Origin: Epithemia pelagica | Lineage: Eukaryota > Protista > Bacillariophyta | NCBI GenBank assembly: GCA_946965045.2 | Contig: OX337234.1 | Span: 3,224,001-3,288,000, forward strand | Reading direction: 5' to 3' | Length of the DNA: 64,000 nucleotides | In this document: positions 11,401 to 21,394 of the stretch, in pieces | Layout of the letters: each line of letters begins with the position of its first letter | How positions within the stretch are numbered: position 1 is the first letter of the stretch | Program-made: the position numbers and the translations under genes | Notes under the pieces: model-generated | The model's database searches: none | The model's input: only the letters and a program-made list of their open reading frames with translations | Told to the model about the DNA's origin: nothing

Positions 11401-12477
11401 TCTAAATTCCCCGCTCGTCAACTCCGGAGCGTTATCGGGAATGACACTGTTAAAGATGCCGAAATCGTTGAAGACTTTCTCTAGAGTCCGATGGGCTTCT
11501 TTCTTCCTCTGCATTGGGTAAAATTGTACCCATCCGAAGTCCGTTGCATATATCTGCCCACATGTATTTTGGGCCAAAGACTTGACATCGGAGAACAGGG
11601 TATCAGTGTACACGTCTGCTCTTAATCTACGGTGCTTCAACTGATACGCCGGGTGCTTTAACCGTTTGCTGCCGACCGTGTCCGAGAAATCTCTCACTCC
11701 CAATTGGGTCGTTGCAGCACATGTCTTTTCTGCTGTTGGGATTCCTATTCCCCACCTTGTTGACAGTGTTAAAGGGTCAACTGTCCCCTTTCGACGATGC
11801 CGAATATCTGCAATCGTCCTTGAATTTACGCGCACCATACGGGCCATCCTTTGGTGTAAAGTTCTTGGTTCCTTGTGTCGGATCGAACCGCTCCCCAGAT
11901 CCAAACGAAGTTTACTCTCGTCAACATCATTAGTTGAGTCATTCGGACTCCATTCGGGTGTCTGGTTGGTCATCTGGATCCTATTCGACGGTTCCACGTC
12001 ACGGATTTCATCCCATGTCGGTTTCCTTACTGAGAAAGTGCTCATTACACCGACCAAGTTGAATGGGATGATGAGGTTGTCGCTTCTGTCTTCAAGAGGC
12101 GCAACTATTGAATGTGAAGTGGCTTCTCTTTGGTCTTCCTTCAAATACTTCAACGGTACATCGTTGACTATGAGACCAGCCTCTCTCATTTGGTTTGGGT
12201 TCAAAAGGCATTTCTCCATCATCGGAAGGTGTAGCGACTGGTGGAAATATAGAAGATAAGTTTCTCCTGTCCTTTCATCGTCATATGCTACTACTCCGGT
12301 AACAATCGGTGTTTCTTTGATGCTTCCGAGCGTGTTAGTGAATCCACTCACTTCTGCTTTGTCCGTTTCGTACAAGACAAGACAGACACTACCGAGGCAA
12401 CACGTGTCTGCATGGCTATCCAATTCACAAGTGGATGACTCGGTTTCAATCTCACTTGTCAGGGTACTAACCGTCCG
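8491..12477 (-). CDS. pol: pol polyprotein of copia element 1 (protease, integrase, chromo-like module, RT, RNase H)
   Basis: Protease ELDSHADTCC. Integrase D,D,E in VYTDTLF, IPDNAPE and AEANIRE. RT motifs HIVFDVKMD, KARFVAGG, DIAGAYLNA, KALYGLK and YIDD. RNase H FVDSDHAGD. The frame is open from 12477, in frame with gag. Confidence 0.95.
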   Translation of the reverse strand, partial: RTVSTLTSEIETESSTCELDSHADTCCLGSVCLVLYETDKAEVSGFTNTLGSIKETPIVTGVVAYDDERTGETYLLYFHQSLHLPMMEKCLLNPNQMREAGLIVNDVPLKYLKEDQREATSHSIVAPLEDRSDNLIIPFNLVGVMSTFSVRKPTWDEIRDVEPSNRIQMTNQTPEWSPNDSTNDVDESKLRLDLGSGSIRHKEPRTLHQRMARMVRVNSRTIADIRHRRKGTVDPLTLSTRWGIGIPTAEKTCAATTQLGVRDFSDTVGSKRLKHPAYQLKHRRLRADVYTDTLFSDVKSLAQNTCGQIYATDFGWVQFYPMQRKKEAHRTLEKVFNDFGIFNSVIPDNAPELTSGEFRKTAHKFGCRVKPIEAWTPNQNLAEANIRELKRMYRREMRRTNCPAVLWDHCLELMARRRSHTVLTTSPYVEGPPMKVLTGDTPDISHLVEHRWYDPVWYSNPGFEGRKLGRWLGPSHSVGQAMSSKILTAKGKIVHRTSVWPLSVEKSHDETFTAQKEQFNDSLRAALGARIEGLPPEEDDEEPDEYDNETPHYEPYEDDEQGDVRKPEMDEHKVDAYDKLISAKVMLPLGDSLRSGQVKRRKRDAEGNLVGKASANPYLDTSMYEVEFQDGHVEAYAANIIAENIYEQLDDEGNKYRLIDQIIDHKKDATAIPLSKGTLMLNGREHKKRTTRGWSLCVQWRDGSTSWELLKDLKESNPLEVAEYAVANMIDKEPAFVWWVNFTLKRRDRLIKAAKSTRYMRKWQKYGIEIPKTVERALQIDKETGTDFWAKALRLEMSKIIPAVKILDEGAAQPVGHQVIPCHIVFDVKMDFTRKARFVAGGHKTQEPETPTYASVVSRESVRIGFLLAALNGIDVIAADIAGAYLNAPCHEKICMKCGLEFGTEFEGRFAIRTKALYGLKTSAFAWREHLSTTLQESLGFKACRADPDVYMRPATKADGTRYYKLVFIYIDDVLVLSDQGKNILNMLDQHYLLKPDSIGPPKIYLGNQVETFDVDNDSSKRCWALSSRRYAKEAIRNVQTWMDSRGMQFKTRTAGVLPSGYRPELDTSAYCDQEWMNFYQQQIGVLRWLVELGRIDITAEVSMLSAFLAAPREGHVHAMLHVFAYINTHDRSRLVLDPDYIVHGEEPSVDWTGFNPDAKEDIPPDAPEPLGKAVQMTAFVDSDHAGDLVTRRSRTGVLIYLNRAPINWYSKKQTSVETSTFGSEFMALKVGVEMIKGLRYKLRMMGVPLDGHTHVRVDNMSVVQNSSRPESVLRKKSNAIAYHFVRENVANGTCRIAYEPSRTNLADLLTKIQTGTERTRLATLILY

Positions 12478-13275
12478 TCAGACACGGTCTTTTCCTTTCT
12501 TCTTCCTTTGACTCATGACGGCTCCGATTCCGGCTTCCTTGCTTTCATCACCGTCACTGCTGGATGAATCCTCTGCAGTTGAAGTCGTCGAGCCATTCTC
12601 GTTCTTCCTCTTCTTATTACTCTTGCCAGATTTTATGGCCAACGTGGCCCTTTTCTTAGTACTGCTATTTTGGGAGTCGCGTACTTCTCGTACCATCTGT
12701 TGCTGCTCCCTGGTCAACTTACACCCTCGCTTCCTCTCCAAATAATCGTCTAGGTCTTCTAAGACGGTTCTGATGTTCTCGACAGTCGTCAAGCGTTCTG
12801 GTAGGTCAATGTCGTTGTCATATTCTTCCTCACTCGTCTTGAAGCGGTACAAATCTTGGAGGTTTTCTAACAATGCGTGCGCTGCGTTGGGATCGAACTT
12901 GCGGGAGATCTTCTTCAGGTGATGAACGTAATAACGTAGCATCTTCAACCGTTTCTCTATCACATGCCCAACGAGGACTCCTGGGTTAGTAATATTAGGA
13001 GGTACACCGGCAACTGGATTCACAGGGTCGTAGTCAGGGTTTACTATCGTCCCTCCAGGTTTCCTAGCATTGGAGCATATTTCAGCGATGTCATCTTCTG
13101 TCAAACCTTCGAAATCGCCGATTGAGATCAGCCCTTGTGCATTCAACGCGTCTCGTACGTTCTGCTGGTTAATCAACAACGTGCCTTGGAAGTAGGTATT
13201 TAGCTGTTGAAGTAGTTCTTGAGGAGTTGGAGGTGCCGGGGGAACGACGGGTCCAGGAGGTGCAGGCATTGCCAT
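12478..13275 (-). CDS. gag: gag of copia element 1 (short, probably internally deleted)
   Basis: First ATG is at 13275, directly upstream of pol in the same frame, ending in TGA 12480-12478. The Pro-rich N-terminus and basic C-terminus are typical of diatom copia gag. Confidence 0.8.
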   Translation of the reverse strand: MAMPAPPGPVVPPAPPTPQELLQQLNTYFQGTLLINQQNVRDALNAQGLISIGDFEGLTEDDIAEICSNARKPGGTIVNPDYDPVNPVAGVPPNITNPGVLVGHVIEKRLKMLRYYVHHLKKISRKFDPNAAHALLENLQDLYRFKTSEEEYDNDIDLPERLTTVENIRTVLEDLDDYLERKRGCKLTREQQQMVREVRDSQNSSTKKRATLAIKSGKSNKKRKNENGSTTSTAEDSSSSDGDESKEAGIGAVMSQRKKKGKDRV

Positions 13276-13698
13276 GGTTACCAATTGTTTGCTTTTTCAG
13301 GACTCTTTCAGACTTTCCGGTTATTCGGAAGTGTGGTTTTGTTTCAATCTTTCTGTTTGTCATGCTGGCGATTCGTAAGTAGAAAGCGTGCACAGCTGCA
13401 TTCATTATCGTCCAGCGTCACATAATTGTGATAACCGCATGGTCGCATGGCAGGCTTCTCTTTTCAACGGCAAAGAGTGGCGCGTCCGCCATTGCCCGAG
13501 GTTCGCGCATGTGCAGACCGTACCTCTAAACTAACCCGGTCCAAACCCCGTTGCAGGTCGGATATTCTCGTGGTTAGTAGGAGACTAGTTATGTCTCTCT
13601 ATGGGCGGATCCAATTGGGACCATGTGTGTCCGATCCAGATATTTCTCGACCTTCCCAGGCCCATTGTGCCATCGTTTCTTCTTACGAATCCAAGTCT

Positions 13699-13713
13699 TG
13701 GGTCTGATAAACC
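13699..13713 (-). promoter_or_regulatory. Putative primer-binding site complementary to a tRNA-Ile anticodon arm
   Basis: The plus strand reads TGGGT-CTGATAA-ACC directly abutting the 5' LTR. This is a canonical CU-NNN-AA loop closed by 3 bp. Confidence 0.5.
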
Positions 13714-13824
13714 AAAATACGGTCATGTCATTAACTCATAAACTAAAAGAGTGACCATTAGGAACCTCTAACCTAGAGGTCTATGTCTCGCTAAAATCTC
13801 GCCCATAACCGCGACCATTTCTTG
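13714..13824 (-). repeat. 5' LTR of copia element 1 (111 bp)
   Basis: Identical to 8241-8351. Confidence 0.9.
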
Positions 13825-14998
13825 GCCACGTCCCCGAAATTGGAGGCATTCAAGCGTTCTGGTTGGAGGCATTCAAGCGTGCAGCAACCATTTGGTAATA
13901 CAATGTCTCTCTCTTATCCTCGTCGGGTGCTACGTGGACCGATGTTTCCCTGCTGCTGCAAGAGATCGATCCGCCGCCGCCGCAAGTGCCAAAGCATCGA
14001 CCACATTCGATAGACACACAGAAAGTCGTGAAAGAAACACGAGATCAATACCTTTCCAAGCGTAACAATGACTCTATATCGGAACAAGGCAGCAAGAACA
14101 GTCCACAAGACGACATAGAACAACATCAACAAAGGTTCAATCGACAACAGAGGGCACACTACTTTTATCGCGAGTACCCCGTTCCTCCTCCTACGGCACC
14201 AAACCCAAGTCTTTTTGGTGGTCGAAAATCATCACGATTGTTGATCATGACCAAAACAATTTGGCACACTTGTTTACTAGCAGTCATCGCAATGTCACGT
14301 TTGATTGTGTCTATGAATGGGACGGATCGCGAGTCCCCTCGCAACCCTTGCTCCCATTTCAAGTACTGGTAACCTCCTTTTCACGCGTCCCCTATATCTT
14401 GATTCAATGTTCCGTTCCATCGCATCTTCAGTCTCGCTTGTCACGGAGTGGAGTGATGGAAAACAATATGTTTTTGTCTCTCCAGCCATCATTACCGTTG
14501 GCGGCGGCGATGGCGAGAGACGCAGCGTCTCTTCTAAGCGTTGTGTAGCTCTGGAGCTCGTCCATTTCCATTTCGCTTTTACCTCTGTTGCCGTGGAACA
14601 GTGATCACCTTTATGGCGGGTGTATTGCGTTACGAGCAGCTCGGATCCCTCCGTGTTCGCTAACACGTGCCTTTTTCGCCGTCCCGACCAGACACGTGCC
14701 TCTGAAAACCGGCCCGCGTCTATAAGTAGCTCCCAAATCCACTCCCACTGTGACATAATTCATTTCTGACTCTTTTAACAATATCTAGCAAGAATTGTCC
14801 TATATGAGTACCAGTTCAAGAACGGTACAGGTCTCTCGGAAGCAATCAATGATCCATTGGACGCCTGATGCCAATCTCCTCCGATGCAAAGCACAATGAC
14901 AAGACCCTTTGATAAGACCACCTTGCTCATACCAACTATTCCGAACAACCCTATCACTCAATCCAGTTCATGTATTGGTCCATTTGATTATCGCAAGT

Positions 14999-16704
14999 AT
15001 GAGCGACGATGAATCTCCTGTGTACATTCCCCATTGCAATGATTGCTTCCGATTGAATACCTTCGTCCACATCTGTCTTGCCGACCAAGATAATGGCACA
15101 ACCACGATATGCCAACTCTTCAAGGATCATGGGAGAGTGTCCCTCCGTCTTTTCTACCCATTGTTTCCACAAAAGAAGTTACGTTGTCATCCGGACATAC
15201 CTCCCCATTCAGCCAACAAATTGTTGGAAGGCGTCGGTTGTGAGAATGTCGAGCTCTACAAGTCCAACCAAAGGATCGTCGCTCGCAATCTGAATGCCAA
15301 GGAAATCAAGATACGTTTCCCTGCCTTTGTTTTCTCCATTGAAGAGTTCCAAGATCCTGCCAATGCCTGGGCTCATGGCTTATCGAATGTTTTCATCGTT
15401 TGGTACAAGGAGCCCCCTGTTTCACCAAATGACTCTTCTCCATCTCTCGTACCTATTGAGCCGAAGGAGATTGAATGTTTCCCCATGGATTATCGTCCAG
15501 AATACAACCCTATTGAACTGTGTGTCCCTCCTCGATGTTTCCATCGAAACGTATGGACCGGATTGTTCCTACTTCGAAAAGGACTATCAAAAATCCTCAA
15601 CAAACGTGGTCATCAGTCGGAGGAGATTGATTTACAGTCTCTCAACATTGGTGCAGTACCAATGGAAACTTTCAACTACATTTTTGTCGTGGCAAATTCT
15701 AACTGCTCTTCTATTTTATGTGAACAGAACAACAAGACCGAGTCCTACCTTCAGGTTGACTCTCGTCTTACTCGTTCCAAAATCAAGATGAGCTACGAGA
15801 ATGGGATTCTACGTTTCCAAACTCCCTCGGACATAGACATCATTCGTCGCTTATTGGGTATTACGGCCGTCTACGGCTCATGTGAATCTTGACCCACCCT
15901 TAAACATGGTAGCCAAGGACTCAAGCTCAAACGTGGTCACTTCATTACCTACATCAATGCAGATGACGAACGAGAAGAACCTCCCTTCAAGAAACGTTCT
16001 TTGTGCCAAAGAATTGACTTTTCCTTTTCCAACTATCAGGTGAAACTGACAGTTGGTTTCCAACGGTACCGATTCGATGCCCTTCGTTCAGGAGAAATCC
16101 GGACCCCTCCAGGCTTGGAACACCTGTCTTGCATCCTCTCTCGCAAATCCTATGAACCAGACAACATTCGTGGTCTGATGCCGCCCAAACCCAAGTCAAG
16201 TAGTCATTATTCTCCGTCCTCTCCAGCTCTCACAGAGACCTCAAGTGATTTGAGTTCCAGTCCTACTGGAACTCTATCAGCAGTGCCTGGAAGCACTCAG
16301 TCTCACAATCGTAACCAAGCATCCACCCCACCTCAGAAAGACACAATCGTAACCAAGCATCCACCCCACCTCAGAAAGAACGAGTCACTTCACTAATTGG
16401 TGATCGCTTTTTGCAGAATGACTCTGTGTATCGTGTTCTTTGCATCATCCCTGCTGCTGCAAACAGCAGAATTGTATACCGTGACCGGATTTCCCGTGAT
16501 TTGTTTCACGCGTCCGCTTCAAATCCCCAAACGCATGATTTGCTGGAATGGGTTGCCGATCTGGAACCAAGTGAAACAGACATGTTTGTTTGTATTGTTA
16601 CTGGTGGGCCTCTGTACAAGACCCATCTCCATGAGTTCTGTCAAGAGCTCTATTTCGCCAAGGACACAGAGGAACTTCGATCCAAAATTCGAGCATACGA
16701 ATAG
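14999..16704 (+). pseudogene. Disrupted ~555-aa hypothetical protein, convergent partner of the RAG1/Transib-like transposase
   Basis: ATG at 14999. An in-frame TGA at 15890-15892 is followed by an open frame into ORF 16001-16396. An exact 38-bp tandem duplication (16304-16341 / 16342-16379) shifts the frame. Removing one copy joins it to ORF 16411-16704. Confidence 0.7.
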
Positions 16705-16705
16705 T

Positions 16706-19700
16706 CTACCACAACGAATCACATATATAACCATTGTACAAGCATGATTGATCGTCACTATGGATAGAATCATCCTCGAGACTTGTAGGCAAGTCTCGTG
16801 ACTTTGGACCGAGTTGCCAATCCAACAGTAACTCTGATCCATTAGTTTCATTGGAAGTGTCACCGGTTCCAATCTTTTGACCGAATTCAATGGTCCCACC
16901 GTTGCGTGATACCCATGTCTTTAACCATTCGTCTTGTTCGTTGTCGTAGTCTCTCAGTCCCTTGTCAATGGAATTCTCAGTATGGTTTAGCATGAAAACC
17001 ATTCGGCGCTGTAACCATCTCGCCATAGGTTTCAATCGAGAGCGCTCTCCGTTGCCCTGGCTCACTGCCCCACCTCTTTGAGTCCTGTTAAAGTAGTACG
17101 TTTTAAACGCGCTATTGAAAGCCTCCCATCCTTGTTGGGAATGGGAGCTGATGTTCTTCCAATGCTGCAGATATTCTGCAATGTGTCCTGCTCCCAGATA
17201 ATGCGCATAGTTTGTCACGCCTTGGTCTCCGAATAGCGTAACCCAGTCTTGAAACCATAGATCAATGTGGCGTTGGAATGCATTGATTTGAACTTGAGAC
17301 AGGTCCTCTTTCTTCTTAACAATTTCCATACCTGCAGAGTACTCTCTCATGCACGTCTTCCAACGTTCCTTGTCCACTGTATTGACCACGCAGAGGTCAA
17401 TAAGACAGTCGATGGCAGCTATGACCTTCCGTACATAGCCATTTTTCATAATGCATTCTTCTATGCTCTTGGAAGCCTCGTCGAAAGGCAATTCAAATTG
17501 GAATGCCACGTTCGTTGTTCCTAGAATCACAGTGTTGATTGTAGTGTTTATCTTTTTCCGGAAGGCATCGCACTTTTTCTTCACGCTGGAACGTTGGCTT
17601 CGAGTGATCCATGGAAGCTGGTTGCTTTTGGCATTCGTCAATCCAACCCTCATCAAGAGCGTAATGATCCGAATCCCCATGCGCATCTCCATGTGTAAAA
17701 TGCAGGGGATTGCATCCATTACCATGACAATAGCCGTTGTAAGCAATGCACTATCGAATTTTTGCACACAGTCAAACGCATCAAGGTACATCCACTCTCT
17801 AGTCAACTGTCGTTTGAGACGTTCCTGCTTATCCTCAACACTGCCATCAACATCCATATTCCGTAACTTCAAATCATCAGTCAGTTTGGTGCTGTATTGT
17901 TGTTTCTCTTGTTCACTTGCGGATTCGCAGTCGAAATGAATTGATGACAAATCATCCAAATCCGTTGGTTCGCAGAGTCGAGGATCATCTTCTTGATTAA
18001 TTTTGATCTTCGACTTCGCCCAAATATCCTTTAGCTCAGCACTAATGGCAGGCATCTCTGCTTTGAATGCATCAATCTCATTTTCCTTCTCTGCAACAAA
18101 CTCGTCCGTACAAATGGGTCTGTGATAACAGTTCCATTCTTCGTTAGCTAAGTGGTCCAGTTCGATGCACCACTTACAGTCCTTGTTGTCACCATTGGGG
18201 GTAACCAGTTGCGAGCTCATTATGTTGCACTTTGAGCAGGGATATGTCGCGTTTTTGGCCGCTCCTCCACGATCGGATAGTTTCCAATTGCACGACATAT
18301 CACTGTCAAAGGGTGTACGGACTTTCTTAATGCCAAATTCGGAAGGAAGAACTTTCTCGGCAGCTTCCTTGTTTTCGGCGTGCATCATAGCATAGATGCC
18401 TTGAGAATGTTTCTTGGTTTCGGGTCCTATCGTACAGACTACAGGATAGACAGCATGGAGCGATTGCTTTAGTGGATTGGAGGGATCGTTGAATTTAAAT
18501 CCACCAAGTGTATGGCTTTGGTTGTTAGACATTCGTGCTCCATCAAGGCTCATGGACACGGTCTTTTCTTCTTCAAGGGCCTCACCAACAATCATATCTC
18601 TTGTCTCTAATACTCGGGTGAGAGTATCTGCCGATCTAAAATAGAAACCTTCGGAACCATCTCGCTTGTTCCGTATCATTCGATATGGTACAAGCTGATC
18701 TGCGAATTCTTCAACCTTCGCAGCGTATTCCCTCATTGCCGCAGACGAGGGGAGAATTGTATGAACTCCCTTCCTTCCCCCAGTCTCGCACAAACGGAGA
18801 ACCTCAATACCTGCGTAGGATAGTTTGCCACCAGTGAGGTCCATCTCGCGAAGAATGTTATGAGGACTGAATACATTTTGTCGAAGGTATCTGCCGACCA
18901 CCTTGACTATTGAGTCGCGTAGTTGGTCGTAGTGGATGCCTTCGTACATCAACATGTTAGCCAGTAGGTTGAAAAAGGTAACGGCACGATGGCTGTCTTC
19001 GTTGTGACCACTGACACATTGGCTGATTGTTTGCTTTATATGCTCAACAATGGCATCAGCGTTGTCTCTGTTCGAACAAGTCGTGGGTACCATGTTGATT
19101 GTTACTGGATTCCTCTTTCGATTGACCATCTGTTGGAGATGACGCACCTGTCCATATCTTGCCCGTGATTTTTTCCTTTCCTCACGAAGCAGACGGCGGA
19201 GACGGTCGTTCTGCGCAGCTTCCTTCGACAACTGAGTCTGTAGGCGAGAGATAGTTGCCAAGTGAACACCTTCAGACGTTACAACCGTGAAACGACTTTC
19301 TGTGGTTTGTGTTGAAGAATCGGTTGTTGTAGTAGGAGGAACGCCATCTGATTGATTGTGGTTGTCGTGTTCTTGAACACTGGGAGTTGGCGGGTTGTTT
19401 GGAAGGTTAATTGGATCGGTTTGAGTCGACACGTCGTTGAAAGAGATGGCCGTGACGACTTCAAGGTCCTCAATGTCAACTTCAAACTCTGATTCAATGC
19501 CATTTTTCGCTGTTTCGACAACTTGGAGATCTTCATCAATAGAAGTGTTTTCATTGTTCGTTGCTGGACCGGTGGTTTGTGTTGAAGTGTCGGCCTGAGC
19601 ATCTTCATGGGTTGATGTGGCTGTAGGTGGAGGAGCCTTGAGTGAACGCCTTTCGTTCGGAGGCTGCTTAACCTTGGACTTCTTCCTGGAGGTCAACGAC

Positions 19701-19777
19701 GCTCGTCTCTTCTTCTTTCTGGGTACTTTGGAGTCGGCTGGTTAGGTTGGATCCGTGTTTGTCGTTGCGACTTGCTC
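16706..19777 (-). pseudogene. RAG1/Transib-like DDE transposase, 3' part (5' part at 28148-28579)
   Basis: Motifs appear in RAG1/Transib order: SLDGA (D), FDSDM (D), YPCSKC (CxxC), PCILH, VTNYAHYLGAGH (Zn His), SQQGWEAFN (E). It carries one in-frame TAA at 19744-19742 and is interrupted by copia element 2. Confidence 0.75.
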
Positions 19778-19782
19778 AGATT

Positions 19783-20566
19783 TGTTAGAATTCTCACCGT
19801 CGATGGTGGTTAGATTCTACATCTCATCGATTCCCCATGTCACATAGCCTCGTGCTATCGCATCATGCCATCTAGCTTCGAGCTATGTTCCCTAGCTTCG
19901 TGCTATATTGACCTATATTTCTTCGCAAATCATGAAAAGTGAGAATAGATTGACGAACTCACTCTCAAGACTAAACTGGGTCGTGCGGTATTACAACGGA
20001 CGTAAATTTGGCCGTTGCTCGGACATTATACTAACGCCCTAAGCGTACGCGCCCGAAATCATCGAGCGCGCCCAAGCGACATCCGAGCGCTGTCGGCATC
20101 TATCCGACCCAACGGTCTAAGTATCCCAAGCACGACACACGATCACGCGAGACCATATTTCCATTCCCACAATCTCCAAATTGTCAACAAGCTGCGCGCC
20201 ATGAAAACAACTATGCCAATCCAAAGCAAGAGCTGTTGACCCTGTATATGTTATCCGTCCACATATACATGTCATATACATCACATGAATCGACTCCAAC
20301 TATTCCAAACCTGTTGCCGCCAAGACCCTATGACACATGACCCTTGGCAGGACCGAACATTTCACGTAGACCTATCGTAGTAATCAACACACAATCTAAC
20401 AATATCACCATTTATCACATCCTCTTTTGTGTCCCGACTATCCTTTTGATAGACTACGACTTGCTTTCCTCTCTTACCCGTGGAGAGGTTTGTATCGGTT
20501 GGTGACTACCTGATTGTCTGCTCTACCGAGCATCAACGCCACTGCAATTCCAAGAGAATTGTACCA
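19783..20566 (+). repeat. 5' LTR of copia element 2 (784 bp)
   Basis: TGTTAG...GTACCA. I saw one mismatch against the 3' LTR (T19909 vs C27490). Confidence 0.97.
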
Positions 20567-20584
20567 GATTAACAGTCTCAGAGC
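20567..20584 (+). promoter_or_regulatory. Putative primer-binding site complementary to a tRNA-Asn(GUU) anticodon arm
   Basis: The reverse complement reads GCTC-TGAGA-CTGTTAA-TC and ends exactly at the LTR boundary. There is no TGG-type PBS. Confidence 0.55.
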
Positions 20585-20602
20585 TTATTTCCTTGTGGTT
20601 TC

Positions 20603-21394
20603 ATGGATACTAACAAGCTTATCACTCCTGTACGACAGATCTATCGAGCCAACCTGCATTCCGGGCAGCCCGATACCCTGGTGCAGCAGGAACTGGTGCC
20701 GACGCCGAAGGCAGCCAACACATCGGTCAACATCTCCGTCGACAGTTCCAACAGCAACCCATTCAAGACTCCAACCCAGCCTCACGCTCCGATCCCTGCG
20801 CCGTTGCTTCGGCCCCCGAGTCCGCCTCGTCGGCTCGTCCCTTCTCGATCCCGTCGTACCACCCGGTTGATTGCTGATCGTATCAAGTACTTCCGTCAAC
20901 CAACTTCTTTGACCTTCGATCCCGAGATCATCCGTGGGGAGACCCAGATCGAACGCCAGTTCCAATCGGTGACCCACATCGTCGACCAAGAAGACATTGA
21001 ACGTCTGAACGACCAACTTCATCGCTCTCCGAGGCGTCGCCTCATCTTGGCCGCCCTCTCGGGCAACCCCATCCGTACTGTCCACCTCCGCTTCCTAACC
21101 TTCGAGCGCCCAACTGGATACTACAATACCATCTACGTCGTGAACACGACAACTTGCCCTCTGCCTCCTAACGTTGTACGCCTAGATAACTACGTTGCCT
21201 ACATCCACGAGGTCCATACCATCGAGGACCATCGTGCAACTATCTTCCCTTTGCGTGCCGAGGCCGAGAACCACTTGGCTGAAGGTGATACCCCTTCTTC
21301 TGTTGCTTGTGCTGCCCCATCTGAGCCTAGAAACGACTTTGATTATTCGGAAGAGAGTGGAGATTTGGAAACCGAAGCTTACTCTAATAGTTAA
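20603..21394 (+). CDS. Extra 5' ORF (263 aa, unknown function) inside copia element 2
   Basis: Intact ATG-to-TAA ORF between the PBS and gag. It has a Pro/Arg-rich N-terminal half, a globular-looking middle and an acidic tail. Confidence 0.65.
   Translation: MDTNKLITPVRQIYRANLHSGQPDTLVQQELVPTPKAANTSVNISVDSSNSNPFKTPTQPHAPIPAPLLRPPSPPRRLVPSRSRRTTRLIADRIKYFRQPTSLTFDPEIIRGETQIERQFQSVTHIVDQEDIERLNDQLHRSPRRRLILAALSGNPIRTVHLRFLTFERPTGYYNTIYVVNTTTCPLPPNVVRLDNYVAYIHEVHTIEDHRATIFPLRAEAENHLAEGDTPSSVACAAPSEPRNDFDYSEESGDLETEAYSNS

Larger units (their letters stand above)
8241..13824 (-). mobile_element. Ty1/copia LTR retrotransposon 1 (CoDi-like), 5584 bp, TSD GCCAC
   Basis: Identical 111-bp direct repeats at both ends. 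GCCAC lies at 8236-8240 and 13825-13829. Domain order is gag-PR-IN-RT-RNaseH. Confidence 0.95.

Noticed and set aside
14746-14752. CACTGTG as an RSS-like heptamer or left TIR of the RAG1-like element
   Set aside because: No convincing inverted partner at 28600-29140 and no TSD found by eye; a 7-mer is expected by chance.
20015-20299. Small ORFs inside the 784-bp LTRs (repeated at 27596-27880)
   Set aside because: They are duplicated only because they lie in LTRs, and show no coding signature.
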